Positions 10,579-23,499 are shown, counted from the whole stretch's first letter. The stretch: 63,211 nt of DNA, filler included, from Phoronis australis (GCA_002633005.1; 11 parts of 11 records of this genome joined end to end with filler, not necessarily neighbours in it); one strand, 5' to 3'. Notes: generated by a model from the sequence alone, not told the origin. Translations and numbers: made by a program.

Positions 10579-12483
10579 TTAAAAAATTTTACAAAAACAA
10601 ATTTTCTTTAATTCGCTGGATTCAACACAATAGGAACTGTTCCCGAAAAGGTTTAGCCGTCCAATGTCGTCTTCCACTTGGAACACGTCCAGTGTATCGT
10701 TATAAAAGTGTGTCACTGTCATGGCGAACTTTCCGTTTCCTGGCTTAGTATGAAAAGCTAACATATACTCAGTTGCGGTGATTCCGTCTGATACCCGAGC
10801 GTTCATATTTGCACTAGATATCCCACTTGGTTTTAAATGACTACATTTAGTCAAGTCCAATTTAGAATTAAGCGACTTTACTGCACTATCTACCGCTCTA
10901 GTTACGTTGATGTCAGCGACGTTCACAATTTCACCTCGATGACATGCACACCAATGTTTTGGAATTCCCGCGTCCCTGCACGTGCGATTGAGAGGTATGT
11001 CGTCAAACAAACTTGTTCCTGTACGTTCTTCAATTTGAATTTGGTGTTTTCGATAGTAATTTAAATTCAAAATATCACGCAATGTCTTGAAAACATCAAA
11101 AGGTGTCGTCAACCTCCGTGCATTGCGCCTGACAGTCTGGAAAGTAGCCGCGTATTTTGTTTTGAACCATTTTGGAAATACCATGAAATACAAAGGCATT
11201 CGCTCTTCAAGTCTCCCAATAGAAGTGCTTACAATACCACCCCATCGGGCACCATGATCACTGAGATAGATTAACAAGGTGTTGTTGATCAAGTTACGTT
11301 CAACAAGTTTGTGAAGGAAATTCAAGTGGGATTCATCAAGAAACTTAACTTCAGCAGAAAGGTCGTGAGTTAATCTCGTTATGAAGTCAAAAACAAAATG
11401 AGGAACGTCTTTGTGCAAGTCTATAAAGTTGAGTGTGTAATCTAAGATCATGTCGACCTCCTTGCGTGCGCCGAAACAGATACGAGGACGTTTATCACGC
11501 CAAATATAAGGTGAACGTTCCATTGCCAATGCAAACGGTCGGTAATAGAAGTCCGTAGGCTGCCGACGAAATCCCCTTTTGACGTAATCGAAAATAGCTA
11601 TGCCAGGATCGTCTTCTGCAAGTAGTGTCGTGTACCCTGACTTTGAAAAATTTTTCCATATCAGCGGGATGTCATCAAGGAATTTCTTATTCATCCCAGG
11701 GTCATCACGCGCGTGCTCCAGCTCTGCTACAAACTGACCCGTCAACAGCGGCACCATATTAACAAACGTGTTGTCAGCCACCTTGTTATAACCAATGAAG
11801 TCAAGCGCCCCAAGAGTTTTGGTAAGGAACTTATAAGTCTTTGGAAAGGACCGTAAGAACCTAAGTCTAGATACAGAGTCAATACCAATAACAACGACGT
11901 TCATCTTGTCGTTTCCATTTCCGGCTTTCGAAGACATGTTCGTGTAGGAGGTGTTTCGTGACGGCTGTACAAATGCGTGCATGTTTCTGTATATTTCATA
12001 ATCTTTGGCAGAATAGCAGCGAACGAGAATAAACTCTTCTTTAACGTGAACGGACGTTTTGAAGCAAATTTTCTCGTTTGAAATTTGATTTTCGTCATCA
12101 TTTGTTCCTGAGCGTTTAATTGCTACATAACAACAATAAGAATAGCTATTGTTTGTGCTTTTGACTATGGTCATATTGACGTGTAGTCGCCACCCCTTCT
12201 GATGCGTCAGGTCACTGGGTTCTCCACATCCGGAAAACCGAAACGTTGTGTGGTATTTCCGAATACTTGGATGGAAAGGATTGACTTCCGAAATGACGCA
12301 TGCTGGCTTGTCCGTCACTAGTGGTTTACAGCCAATTACACTGGAGTTTCTGCAATCCGTCCCATTTCTTAAATACTCAGTTTTCATGTGAACGGGGCCG
12401 CCGTTGTAGCATATATAGTAAAAAAGTGTTGTCAGCATAGGACAGATAGCTATACTGCATACAAACAGTCGCCATATATACAT
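10579..12483 (-). CDS. DUF229 family protein (alkaline phosphatase/sulfatase superfamily), 634 aa, probable type II membrane protein
   Basis: Uninterrupted ORF with VVVIGIDSVSR, GYNKVADNTFVN, YTTLLAED, LTHD, YLSDHG, RLEERMP, LTTPFDV and RTC..AGIP.HWC.C motifs; hydrophobic N-terminus after ATG 12483; splice acceptor TTTGTTTGTTCCACAG puts the exon start at 12499, so the 12573 start in the ORF track is likely intronic. Confidence 0.92.
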   Translation of the reverse strand: MYIWRLFVCSIAICPMLTTLFYYICYNGGPVHMKTEYLRNGTDCRNSSVIGCKPLVTDKPACVISEVNPFHPSIRKYHTTFRFSGCGEPSDLTHQKGWRLHVNMTIVKSTNNSYSYCCYVAIKRSGTNDDENQISNEKICFKTSVHVKEEFILVRCYSAKDYEIYRNMHAFVQPSRNTSYTNMSSKAGNGNDKMNVVVIGIDSVSRLRFLRSFPKTYKFLTKTLGALDFIGYNKVADNTFVNMVPLLTGQFVAELEHARDDPGMNKKFLDDIPLIWKNFSKSGYTTLLAEDDPGIAIFDYVKRGFRRQPTDFYYRPFALAMERSPYIWRDKRPRICFGARKEVDMILDYTLNFIDLHKDVPHFVFDFITRLTHDLSAEVKFLDESHLNFLHKLVERNLINNTLLIYLSDHGARWGGIVSTSIGRLEERMPLYFMVFPKWFKTKYAATFQTVRRNARRLTTPFDVFKTLRDILNLNYYRKHQIQIEERTGTSLFDDIPLNRTCRDAGIPKHWCACHRGEIVNVADINVTRAVDSAVKSLNSKLDLTKCSHLKPSGISSANMNARVSDGITATEYMLAFHTKPGNGKFAMTVTHFYNDTLDVFQVEDDIGRLNLFGNSSYCVESSELKKICFCKIF

Positions 12484-12659
12484 CTTCTTAGGCAGGTACC
12501 TGTGGAACAAACAAATAGTTAAAGGTGCCTTAAACCCGCTTTCTGTCAAAAAACAACTTTTGATGTAGGCCACTTACTATTACAAAATTAGGCTTAATTT
12601 GTACCTTGTTCAAAAATAATTCGTTTGGAATGAACTGTCAGTTGTTCGTTGTTACTTGA

Positions 12660-12843
12660 CAGAGGAGGATCTACGGGGGGAGTTCAGGGGGTCCCCCTAG
12701 GACAGGTTCAAAAATAAAATAAAAAACGTTCCCAGGAAAACGAAATCAGCTACAAAAACCAAAAAAGCTTACACGGGGGGGACCCCTCCCGACCTCCCCC
12801 CGCTTGGCACTACACCCTCCCTGAAAACGCAGATCTGCCACTG
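12660..12843. mobile_element. hAT-like MITE
   Basis: CAGAGGAGGATCT ... AGATCTGCCACTG inverted ends with G/C-run subterminals; same end type at 15268-15600, 20620-20775, 31144-31457 and 56323. Confidence 0.55.
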
Positions 12844-14197
12844 GTTGACACGAGGCTGAATATGTTGGTTTGACCAGGACATATTAAATTACTAGTCGAG
12901 CAAAACGACTTGCTGAACCTGATTTGACGAAGCAGTTTTTTGAAAGCCCAGAAATCACTTCTTGTTCCGTGAAAGGAACTGGTTGATAAAAGTTTTAGAG
13001 CCATTCCACGAGAAAATCAAAAGAAATCAAAAACCACTCTAGGGGTCATCTTTCCGATTCAGCTTAAACTTTGTGTATGTGATCATGGTGTGGCTCTGAT
13101 ACAAAAATCATCAATTTTGCACTTATTGACTTCTTAGTTTTTACCTATAGACCTTCAACGGCTTGCAAAGAAAATGACACGTTTTTGCACACCGAAAACA
13201 GCAATTTTCCAATAGAAAAAAAAACAGGTAGATTGCATGCAATTAGAGAAAACATTTAATGGGATTAGGAAGTAGGACATGAGGACTACCAAATAAAATT
13301 GATTTTAATGATTTCGTTGCATTCACCACGTGACAGGGGAGGTAAATCCGTGAGGACTTTTTTGTAGTGTTGAAAGTGGCACTTTGCGGGGCTGTGGACA
13401 TTGAAATTTATTTGGATAGATTTTGGATATTTAAAAATCTCTCGAATGGTTTTTTTCATTTTTTTGTTCTAAAAATGACCCAATATTGCGTATTCTACAG
13501 TTTTTGTAACTTCGATAATTAATGGAAATCAACATTTTAGGAATCATAATGTTGTCTGACATATCCATATTACAAATTCACCCACTGAGCGTTCATAACT
13601 GACCGTGGGTCAGAGATTACAAAGGCACAAGTGATGAAATAATTGGTCACAATACCCAAAACTGTTGATGATTTTAGAGACAAGTTTTAGGCTACATGAA
13701 TAATTCATGTCATTTTTAATGAAATATTCCACTTTGCGTAACATTTCAAGGCAATTTAGCCTTAATTTATAGAAATTCTTTTGAATTAAGGGTTCAAGAC
13801 TGTGTGAATCGGTCGAACCGAAAATTATTTTTTTTTCACTTTGAATACAAAAGGCTTCATCACAGGAAAGGCATCAATGTCTGAAATACAAAAAATGAAA
13901 AAAATACCAAAACCGCATGGTGCATTCAAAAGTTAACGCTATTTATGTGTCAATTGTTTACTTTATTTTAGTCAGGTCAGCTATCTTGCAATGTCAGCAA
14001 CAAATATTACGGATTTAAAATACTTAAACATTATTTTCACACATGTTCCAGCAGTAAAATTTAATAACACATATCTTTACCTACCATTGTGTACAATCCA
14101 AGAGTTTACATCAGAATTCAATCAAGCAGGTGTAACTTGTTTAATTGAGTGGTTAAGTTTACACCTGTCCAGAATTTAATCAAGCAGAAGTTACTTG

Positions 14198-14334
14198 CCT
14201 CCCGTTCAGTAACGCTAGGACGTACTAGCTTAAAAGCAAGACTTTGCGAGATTACGCGAGATATTGCCGTGTATTTTAAATGAGAGCACGTGACCTTGAC
14301 TAGCTTTTGACTAGGTCCTAGCGTAGGTCCTAGC
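14198..14334 (+). mobile_element. Harbinger-like MITE, copy 3 (truncated at linker)
   Basis: CCTCCCGTTCAGTAACGCTAGGA... matches 9155-9305. Confidence 0.85.
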
Positions 14335-14434
14335 NNNNNNNNNNNNNNNNNNNNNNNNNNNNNNNNNNNNNNNNNNNNTTAATTAATTAANNNNNNNNNN
14401 NNNNNNNNNNNNNNNNNNNNNNNNNNNNNNNNNN
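14335..14434. other. Artificial contig linker N44-TTAATTAATTAA-N44 (also 24175-24274, 38758-38857, 41546-41645, 43657-43756, 46902-47001, 49248-49347, 54588-54687, 58521-58620, 59825-59924)
   Basis: Identical 100-bp spacers whose 12-mer gives stops in all six frames. Confidence 0.97.
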
Positions 14435-14550
14435 GATTCAAAAACTAAATATGATCAGCATTTGACAAGAAATTCAGAAATGCTATTGGTTTTATGTTCA
14501 AATATGTTATAACTTAACTTTCTTTTTAGCAGCACAGCCCAGTTGTCGGA
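14435..14550 (+). repeat. Dispersed repeat shared with 30793-30900
   Basis: ATGATCAG.ATTTGA....GAA.TTCAGAAATG..ATTGGTTT.ATGTTCAAA...ATAACTTA...AGCACAG.CCA.TTG present at both places. Confidence 0.65.
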
Positions 14551-17500
14551 GATTAGAGCCGTAGGTTACCGAACTTAATCCAGGTGAAATCATGAACACT
14601 GAGGCAAGTCTTCTCAGAAGTCAGTGTAGACTGGGGTAATTAACGTCTCACTATGACATGCGCACATACTTAAAACTGTCTTATTTTTCTAAGAGTTTTT
14701 TGGTATAGTTAAAAGTCGGTCGGACAGTGCACGCGGCGATGTCAGAGGGATGAAAAGCGCAGGCCTATACATAAGTTTCCCCTTGTTTTCAATTCCATCC
14801 CGCATGTAACTCCAGCCTGAGTACAATTGAAACAGCTTAGATCACACATTTTAAACAAACATGTGCTGCCAATCATATAGGACTTTTAAAAGATGAGACA
14901 AAAGAAAAATATCTGGTGACCAATGAGAGTGCTTCAGCGCAGATAGGAATATTGTGATTGATGAGTTGCTTGGCCTGCCCGGCGAACAACGAACCCTTTA
15001 ATTCAGTCGGTGCTACAGCCACTGGTATAGTCTAGTAATGTTGACTGCCTAAAAGGATGCTTCAAGGCTTGCAGACATAGATAGCCCGGCCTTCTACACC
15101 ATTTTTTATACTAAGAGGTGTTCAACACCCCTCGCCGCTTTGCCCCGTGACGTTGGGAAATTCCTAGTGTACACGTGAAGCCATTTTTAGAGTACGAGGT
15201 TCTCGTGTCTTTTTGTCAACGCAAGGGCGAATTTATTTTTTCATCTCAGAATCTCGAAAGGTTCGCACGGAAGCGGATCTAGGATACCGAGGGGACACGT
15301 ACGATGACCTCGGGGAATTGGGCAAAGCGCGATTGTATCTGCACACTGGCAGGCGGCACGCCAATCCGGGGTCGGGGACGTGGACTTTCTCAGTGTTCAA
15401 AAACCCTGTCGTCGGACTAAAACAAAAAAAAAAACGGGAACAAGATTCCGCCCTCGACCTGGGTATGACCCCCCACATCCGCTACCAGTCCTAGTAATTA
15501 CTACACTCAATATTTGGCGCTGTTGGATCATTTCATTTTTTCTGCGGCAGCCGAGGGCGGGGCGGGGCGGGCCACCTGGGCCTTCCCTAAATCCGCCTTG
15601 GCGCCCTTGGAACTTCACGGTGATTGTGTTCGTAACGCAAAACATTTTAAAAATTCTCACCTTTCCCAATTGTGCCTCAGTGAGAAGTAAACGCCTTGAT
15701 TTCTTATTAGCAGCCATATCGCCGACTTCTCTTCAGAGTCACTGTGGTTGTTATGCGCGAGTAGGCTACGCAGCTTTAAAATACACTTTTGGTTTTCCCT
15801 GAAATTCCGATGAGTCACTATGTAAATAGGTCATCAAGGCAGCCAATAGACGGCGGGTTGGTTAACTGATATCTGCAACAACACATAGCTGACTTGACTC
15901 ACAAGTGACCGTGCAAAAGATCTTGGCGGTTTATAATCAAAACAGCTGAACATGAAACATACTTTTACATGTGGTGTGACTCGATTGCTGTAATGGCATC
16001 AACCCTTGCCGATTCGAAGACAGTACCGTAGTACAAACGATATGGGACTAAAGTCGTGATCCGCGCCGCGCTATCCAGCGGCTCGCACTGTTACTCTCTC
16101 AGAACACTGAGTTTGGTTACAGTACAACAATGCTTCTAGATCTATTTTTGTTTAAGATAAAATTTGACTCAGAAAAATAAGAGACTACTTGAAGTGTTGA
16201 TGTACTCTTACAAATCACCAGGTAGTTGACAACACTGTATTGCATAGTAAAAATTGAGTAAACGCCTTCGATTTTGAGATCTACACTATAGCCTAGTATC
16301 TCTTCCTGCTAGTAGGTAAATGCCAAGGTTGACCTTGTGATTGTTCAAAAAGGAGGCGACCTTTTGTAGGTTTAAAAGCGAATTATTTTGAAAATTTAGA
16401 TCCTAATATGACATTTTCAATAAATTTCAATATTAATTCATGACGAAAAAAAAACAAGTTAATCAGTATATGGTTTTTACGTTTCCACTTATTTTGCACC
16501 AAACAAAACGACCTATTCCCGCCGATTCCAATACCGTCGTCGGGTACACACGCCCCCTATCGGAATGTCAGTACACACTTTCGTCTTCAAAATGACATTA
16601 ATTCAAAGTTCTTAATATAATTTGTTGGGGTAACTGATAACACACTATGTACATGTACACCTGGGAATTGCCTTCTAACAATTCTGGGATCCAACGTTTT
16701 TGTTTTTGGACTGCTAAGGTGGCCCGAGTCCTGTCATCTTCAGGCCCGCCGCGGGATTTTAACTGGGCCCGTACTAAAAATTATGCTAATTAATTGTATA
16801 AAAAGTTTTAAACGTGAAAATGTTGACCAATTTGAATATTAATTGTAGTGAAATGACCACATTAATATGTTTCCTTGAATTCCCATGTATTTTGCACCAA
16901 CTAAACTAAACGTCCCACACAATGACAGGCGCCGTCATGTAACCTCAAGCGAGCTCCGGCTGCTGCCTACCCAGTTAAAATCTGTGTACAACAACCTATA
17001 AGTACTCAGAAAAAATGTATCATGGTTTTCTGGTGACCGTGTCTGCAATATACAGCCTCTTAAAGTTGATTATAATTGTATAAAGTGTCCCGGCGGGTGC
17101 CCCGCAAGTGGTTTGAACGCCAAAGCAAGGAGATATCAATATTAAGCAATAGAGTATACTAAACACCCGTGTTTGGCAGGCCTGAGAACTATGCATGTAA
17201 AACAATGGCACTGGATGAGATTTCAAGTGTATAAGCTGAAATTCGGGTGTAGGATTGGACCAAGTAAGGCAAACCGCGTTATCCCAGCTTGGGTGTACAT
17301 ATCGACAAGGATTTTATCAGTCAACTGACTCATGCCTGACCTTGAAGGGACGGTATAGTTTATTCATTGTTAAAAAAACATTTTAAACGGCAGACTACAA
17401 TACAAATTTGCCTGCTGGGTCAAAGACTCAAGTCAATAATAAAGTCTAATTTTATGTAACTAAATGTTTTCTTGCCTCCCCTGAGAATGATAGTCAGCAT

Positions 17501-17910
17501 ATCAGTGACATTCATCTCTGGTAGCTTCAGCAACACCTCCTGCAGGATTTTTGCGTTTCGTCACAGGTGAATGGCCACCCTGTTCTTATAGCTTTCGCAG
17601 TTTCACTGAGCAAGGTTGTACAGTGTGCTCACGAAACACGTGCCTTTTGTATAACCTATACTAGGTAGTGTGAATCACAATAAATATATGGGCCTACAGA
17701 TAAACGTTAGGCCAGAAAGTAGCGAGGAATCAACAGTTACATGACTAAAAAACTTAAAACACCAAGAAAACCAACATGTGAAAAATTTTTGGAAGAGAAT
17801 TCGTTAATTATTAAACGTTACAAAATTCTAAAGAAAAATTCTCAGTGTAACTCAAAAATCAACCACAAGAAAAGGTCTGCACACCAAGAGCACCTAAACG
17901 ACAGTGACCG

Positions 17911-18207
17911 TGGGCCGTTGGGGAGAAATTGTCGCCGTAAAATTACTTGCGTAAATTAATTCTTATTACATTAGCGTAAAATGATTATTTGCGGTGTAAT
18001 TATTGGCGATTTACGCAATTTAATTACGTGCTTAAGTTATTTCTCGTTAGAGGCGTAAATTAATTATTTAGATGTGTAAATTAGTTAATTGCGGCGAAAG
18101 TGATCATTTGAGATGCAACGTAATTATTTGCGACGTATTTTAACTTCGTAAAGTAATCATTTGCTGCGTAATTTTACTGTGCGACACCTTCCCCCTACGG
18201 CCATTCC
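17911..18207. mobile_element. MITE with ~35-bp imperfect TIR, internal GCGTAA-type short repeats and 8-9 bp TSD
   Basis: GGCCGTTGGGGAGAAATTGTCGCCGTAAAATTAC vs GTAATTTTACTGTGCGACACCTTCCCCCTACGGCC; CAGTGACCG at 17902-17910 and 18208-18216. Confidence 0.75.
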
Positions 18208-18341
18208 CAGTGACCGCTTATTAGAAGCCAGACACTACTTCCTTTATTGGTATAGCATTTATTTATTATAGTGACAAGTACAATTAATTCAAACAGTTAT
18301 ACATGTACATGTAGGTATGACATTCGTGAGCCCACCCGGCC

Positions 18342-18944
18342 GCAGAATGGTGAATGTTGGCCAAATCCCCTTTTGTCCACTGACGTCACAAGCATACTGG
18401 CGCCCCCAGTGGATACCCTGAGAACTCGTAAACAAGCATGTTGGCGACTGTGATTAAAGTATTTGTTATGATTTTTCCAGCGTCGCTATGTTTTAGTGTG
18501 TTTTTTAAATAATGTTGCATGTCATACCTCTCAGAAAATAATATTGTTCCAATAAATTAAGAAAATTGGAATATTCATTCTCGCGATCCTGCAACACCGA
18601 CCATCCAAATGTTCTTCTACACAGGCGGCAAAGACAAAGTTTTATCCCCACGCGAAATAGCCTTATTTATGCGACTAAAAAGGAATCTTTCAATCATAAT
18701 TAATTGATACTATATACCATTCATTATTATATACCATGCATTATGTTTTTAGAAAAAAACGATACTCAACGTCCCACAATAAATACAAGTCTGTTCGCCA
18801 GCCAGGCTCGGCGTTGCTAGGCTGGATACTACCGGGTTCATGAACTCGGTTTATTTACGAGTTCTCAGGGCCTCCACTGGGAGCGCCAGTATGCTTGTGA
18901 CGTCAGTGGACAAAAGGGGATTTGGCCAACATTCACCATTCTGC
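18342..18944. mobile_element. Mutator(MULE)-like MITE, ~92-bp TIR, 9-bp TSD
   Basis: GCAGAATGGTGAATGTTGGCC... inverted at 18853-18944; CACCCGGCC at 18333-18341 and 18945-18953. Confidence 0.9.
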
Positions 18945-18970
18945 CACCCGGCCAGGGCAGCGTGACTTAC

Positions 18971-19563
18971 CTCGCTGGTTCCCTGCGTGCTTAGCCCAGC
19001 CAGCACGCAGGTATCACGCAGTGGCACGCGCTTTAGCATTGGTCGATGTAATCTTGGCAGTCATTGGTTAGCTTTACAACACCTTGAAAAAATGGCGGAC
19101 TGTGAACGATTTTTATCCTTGTCATGCAAGTGGCGTCGCAGCAACTATTTCGTTTCTGCAGTGATGTTTAATAGCCGCGTGCTTGAAACACATACATGCA
19201 CAATAAACACACATTATGTGGCCGATTTAACCGGTGTGTTATTCATAGTGTATAAGGACATTATCGTAAACAAAAGTCATCGACAGCAGAAAGATGCATT
19301 CCGAAAAGGCTCAGTCACAATTTCTACTAGGCTTCACATTTCCTGAACATAAATTTTAAGCACCGATTTGTCTGTACAACAGACCACATTTACACTTCAG
19401 TCCATCAGCCATGCCAGTTTGTTTGCGCAAAGCGCTGCCTGTTGACGAATCGACTAGCGAATCAGAAACGCCGGTGTAAAAAAATTTACAGAGGAAATTT
19501 AAGCGATACCCGCGTGCTGGCGCGGCTACCGCCCCACCTAGCGGCACGCAGGGAACCAGCGAG
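18971..19563. mobile_element. Non-autonomous DNA transposon, 20-bp perfect TIR, 10-bp TSD (MULE or AcademH type)
   Basis: CTCGCTGGTTCCCTGCGTGC / GCACGCAGGGAACCAGCGAG; CGTGACTTAC at 18961-18970 and 19564-19573. Confidence 0.88.
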
Positions 19564-20619
19564 CGTGACTTACAGGTGTCGCTGTAACAACATGGCGGTA
19601 CCCACGTTTGGTTTCGTCGTCGGGGGAGAAGTGACTGGATGACAAAGTCGTTTTCTGTAGATTGCTTTTAAATGAAACTGTGCGATATGTAAGTTTAAGG
19701 TACCCCAATTTTCATTCTGGTAATGGTGTAAAGAACGGTAGTTGATACTTCATTATTTCATCTAGGCAATATGTCAGCTCAAAGCCTCAAACCGGATTAA
19801 GGGCACAGGTCAGGAATCCTCGGCTTCTGATCGTACACACTACACTATAATCTATATAATACTACAAGATATGAGACACTCCGGACTAGAAATTCCACGG
19901 GTGCTTCTCTTCAGTCGTCCATAGCAAACACAAAACTCGATAAATTTATACAACACTATTCTGCTATTAACCTAACCGGTGAGGGTTAGAACGCAGAATT
20001 CACAATGAGTGCCTGTTTTATGATTAACCCTACCCATGATGGCATTTCTCAATGATTAAGCACAACTTCGTCTAAGTCATGGTGATTCTGAAAGTGACTC
20101 GAGTTACTCTCAGTCATATCAAACAATTGCTTACTTAATAAAATAAATTTCTTTTCTACTGTTGACAGTTGAAAATTGTAATTTTTAACGTGGCCACTCG
20201 TAACGCTCATCAAAATACATAAAATTCATTGACAAAAATATGCATAAATTTCTCCAACATTGTCTGATTTTGATGATTTTTTTTAATTTGCACAACTAAA
20301 CATCTCTTTACATATGAGATTCAGTTGGCATTTGGTATTTAAGTGACCAAAAAAATATTTTAGACCGTAACACGGTCAACTCTTGAATATGGACCTTGAT
20401 TGTGATTTAACCGAGTGTAGCATATTGTAGATGATCAGAAGCTGAGGACACCTATGATTCAAGGTTGGTTCTAACAGTGGACTCACACTCACAGGGAGCA
20501 CTGCACTGGCACTGGCAACTTTTCTAGCAGGACCAACTAAAGATGGTGAAGCTCCTAGGCAACACATTGCCCCTCAGTTCATTGGCCTGAGGCATTCAGG
20601 ATTCAGGGTGATGTAATTT

Positions 20620-20775
20620 GGGGCGGATCCAGGGTTTTGAGTTAGGGGGGCCAGAGCAGAGTGTTTGCCAGGATTTTGTCCGTTTTAGACATTTGCACCC
20701 CTCAACTGCCAAATGGAATCTGCGACAACTTTAGGGGGGCATGGCCCCCTTGGCCCACCTCTAACTCCGCCACTG
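20620..20775. mobile_element. hAT-like MITE
   Basis: GGGGCGGATCCAG...GAGTTAGGGGGGCCA / TGGCCCACCTCTAACTCCGCCACTG; GTAATT in both flanks. Confidence 0.6.
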
Positions 20776-22664
20776 GTAATTGCATGCCTACTTTACTATG
20801 CCGGAAGCCCTTTTTGCAAATTAACATCATCAGAGTCATATTTTGTTAAGTACCTTTTGGGCATAGAGGCCCGGCCACCTTAGTAGGCTATCGATGTCTT
20901 TAATTCCTTCCAACTAGAACAAATACTCCTATAATCTAATTTTTTCTTTGAGCAATCCTTCGTTCAGTTGCCCAAATTGCCTCTGGCTATTTTTAGCCCT
21001 GCAGCTCCGCACATGCACATAATTTTACCGTGTTAGCTAGGATTAAAAATTAGATTGCCGGGGTTTTTGAATTTTCAAAATCAGTCAAGTACTTGTAGTA
21101 ACGTGGGTTTTGTCAGCTAAACCCAAGCCTTGAGCTCTTCATTTAGAAAATAGTTTCGAACTTGGCTTATATGCGTCAGTGATGCACAAGAAGCCGTGAC
21201 TGAACAAATGGGGATAAAATTTGGTCCTGCTGATGGAATCTCCTTTAAACAGCATGTTCAGGACATCGGTAGTGTGAAGCAACTCTAATATAACTCAGGT
21301 ACCGGGTAAGTAGTGGGCCAAGGGTTCTACAACCAAAACCAGCATTGTTAGCTTGCTATGGGTGTGCCACCATCTTGGGTGCGTATTGACTAACTATCAC
21401 TCAACTCATGGGTCATCTCAGATCATGGGTTTTCTTAAAGTCCTTGTTGCAAACTGCCCATGTGGTTCCAGTATCCGAAAATACTTACTACATAAATTCT
21501 TATTTTCGACACTCTTTCTTTATATTCTTTTCGCCTTTCTTGCCAAAAGCGATTTTGTAACAGTATTTGACCCTTCTCTCTGAGCGTATGATTACCGGTT
21601 GTGATCGGTTATTTCCGTACCCACATTTCCGGCTCATCAGTTCAGGAACTTGTCCTGAATGCCGCCATTTTTTCCTTGTAACTGAATGTGCTATGGCTTG
21701 CTCGAAAAGTCTTCATTATTTTGTTTTATTAGTAATATATCGTNNNNNNNNNNNNNNNNNNNNNNNNNNNNNNNNNNNNNNNNNNNNNNNNNNNNNNNNN
21801 NNNNNNNNNNNNNNNNNNNNNNNNNNNNNNNNNNNNNNNNNNNNNNNNNNNNNNNNNNNNNNNNNNNNNNNNNNNNNNNNNNNNNNNNNNNNNNNNNNNN
21901 NNNNNNNNNNNNNNNNNNNNNNNNNNNNNNNNNNNNNNNNNNNNNNNNNNNNNNNNNNNNNNNNNNNNNNNNNNNNNNNNNNNNNNNNNNNNNNNNNNNN
22001 NNNNNNNNNNNNNNNNNNNNNNNNNNNNNNNNNNNNNNNNNNNNNNNNNNNNNNNNNNNNNNNNNNNNNNNNNNNNNNNNNNNNNNNNNNNNNNNNNNNN
22101 NNNNNNNNNNNNNNNNNNNNNNNNNNNNNNNNNNNNNNNNNNNNNNNNNNNNNNNNNNNNNNNNNNNNNNNNNNNNNNNNNNNNNNNNNNNNNNNNNNNN
22201 NNNNNNNNNNNNNNNNNNNNNNNNNNNNNNNNNNNNNNNNNNNNNNNNNNNNNNNNNNNNNNNNNNNNNNNNNNNNNNNNNNNNNNNNNNNNNNNNNNNN
22301 NNNNNNNNNNNNNNNNNNNNNNNNNNNNNNNNNNNNNNCTTTGTGTAAATTGTTTTCGCCAACAAATTACGGTAAAATTTAGTTAGACATATCTTTACTT
22401 ACTATTCTGCACGATTTAGCAGTGTTCACCAAATTTCAGCCTCGCAGTTGTTACTCATTAAGTGATAAATGTGCTCACAATTCCCGTTGGACTTCGATCG
22501 TCTCATTTCTGGCGGCACCTACAATGTCAACTTTTGCTGAACTGAAAGGCATGTTCAATCGGCTACTTTGTAATTTGTGAAGATTTAACGTTGATACATT
22601 TTGACAAACGTTGCTACAAAAAATAAACTTTGTTCAATTTTCGTGTTTTTTGTGTTTATGGCCA

Positions 22665-23270
22665 GCAGTGTGACACAGGACTAACCAGCCAGTAATTTCA
22701 TGCAAGTGTCTGAAACTACCTTTGAATATATGCAGCATTTATCATTTGACCATTTTACTTCGACAAAACAGCTTGCAACCGCATGCATTTACCGTTCGCC
22801 AGTGTCTGGTCTCGATCCGCACCGGGTCCGATAGGCTGCGGTCCCGAGTCTACCAAAATAATTTCTGTCAAAATTTATTCGCCACATTTCTTCAGCAAAT
22901 TCCATAAAATTGTCCGTAGTTTGATTTTATCAAAATTAGGGCGCGCTGTCGATTTATTTATCCCCGTTTGTTGGCTGGTAACAGTACAGGCACTGCTCCA
23001 GTCGCACTGACGGCGTTTTCTCGGCCTGGGTTCCTGAATGAATTGTACTTCCGGGTTCGCGGCAAGTTCAAAATGGCGGTGTTTCTTCGGGTGCGAATCG
23101 TGAGTGGCGCGTTCATTTAAACTGTTTTCGAGTACGGATCGTGTATTAGTTATGGAGTAGGTACTTCTTGTATCCTCATAACATCTTCTAACCATGTAAT
23201 AAGGGTTAACAACGCGTGAGACAAGGACTTTAACTTCCAAAGTCAATACTATTGTCAAAAGAATCATGGT
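22665..23270 (+). repeat. Dispersed repeat; second copy in reverse orientation at ~24880-25652
   Basis: CAGTGTGACACAGGACTAACCAG...AAACAGCTTGCAACCGCATGC...GGTTCCTGAATGAATTGTACTTCC...CCATGTAATAAGGGTTAACAA recurs as reverse complement in the next segment. Confidence 0.8.
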
Positions 23271-23499
23271 ATTTTGTAGATATCGTCTCAGGTGGATATT
23301 TCGTCATCTCGGGTATTTTTTGTGTGTATATTTCACCTCCGGGACATGCCTGTGCAAAGTCAGATGCATCTCAACAGCCATGATTGCTTAATTAGTGTGG
23401 CCTGTTAGAACATAGCTCTAGAGTATACCATACACAGGCAAAGAATGGAGTCCTGCATCCGTTATTACACAGTTACATTGATGCACTGGTAATCAGAGT

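Noticed and set aside
12484-12573. 30-aa N-terminal extension of the DUF229 ORF
   Set aside because: Starts at a non-ATG codon and crosses a good splice acceptor at 12500-12502.
13000-13930. Possible Sola-like element beginning GAGCCATTCCACG
   Set aside because: No matching opposite terminus or TSD found.
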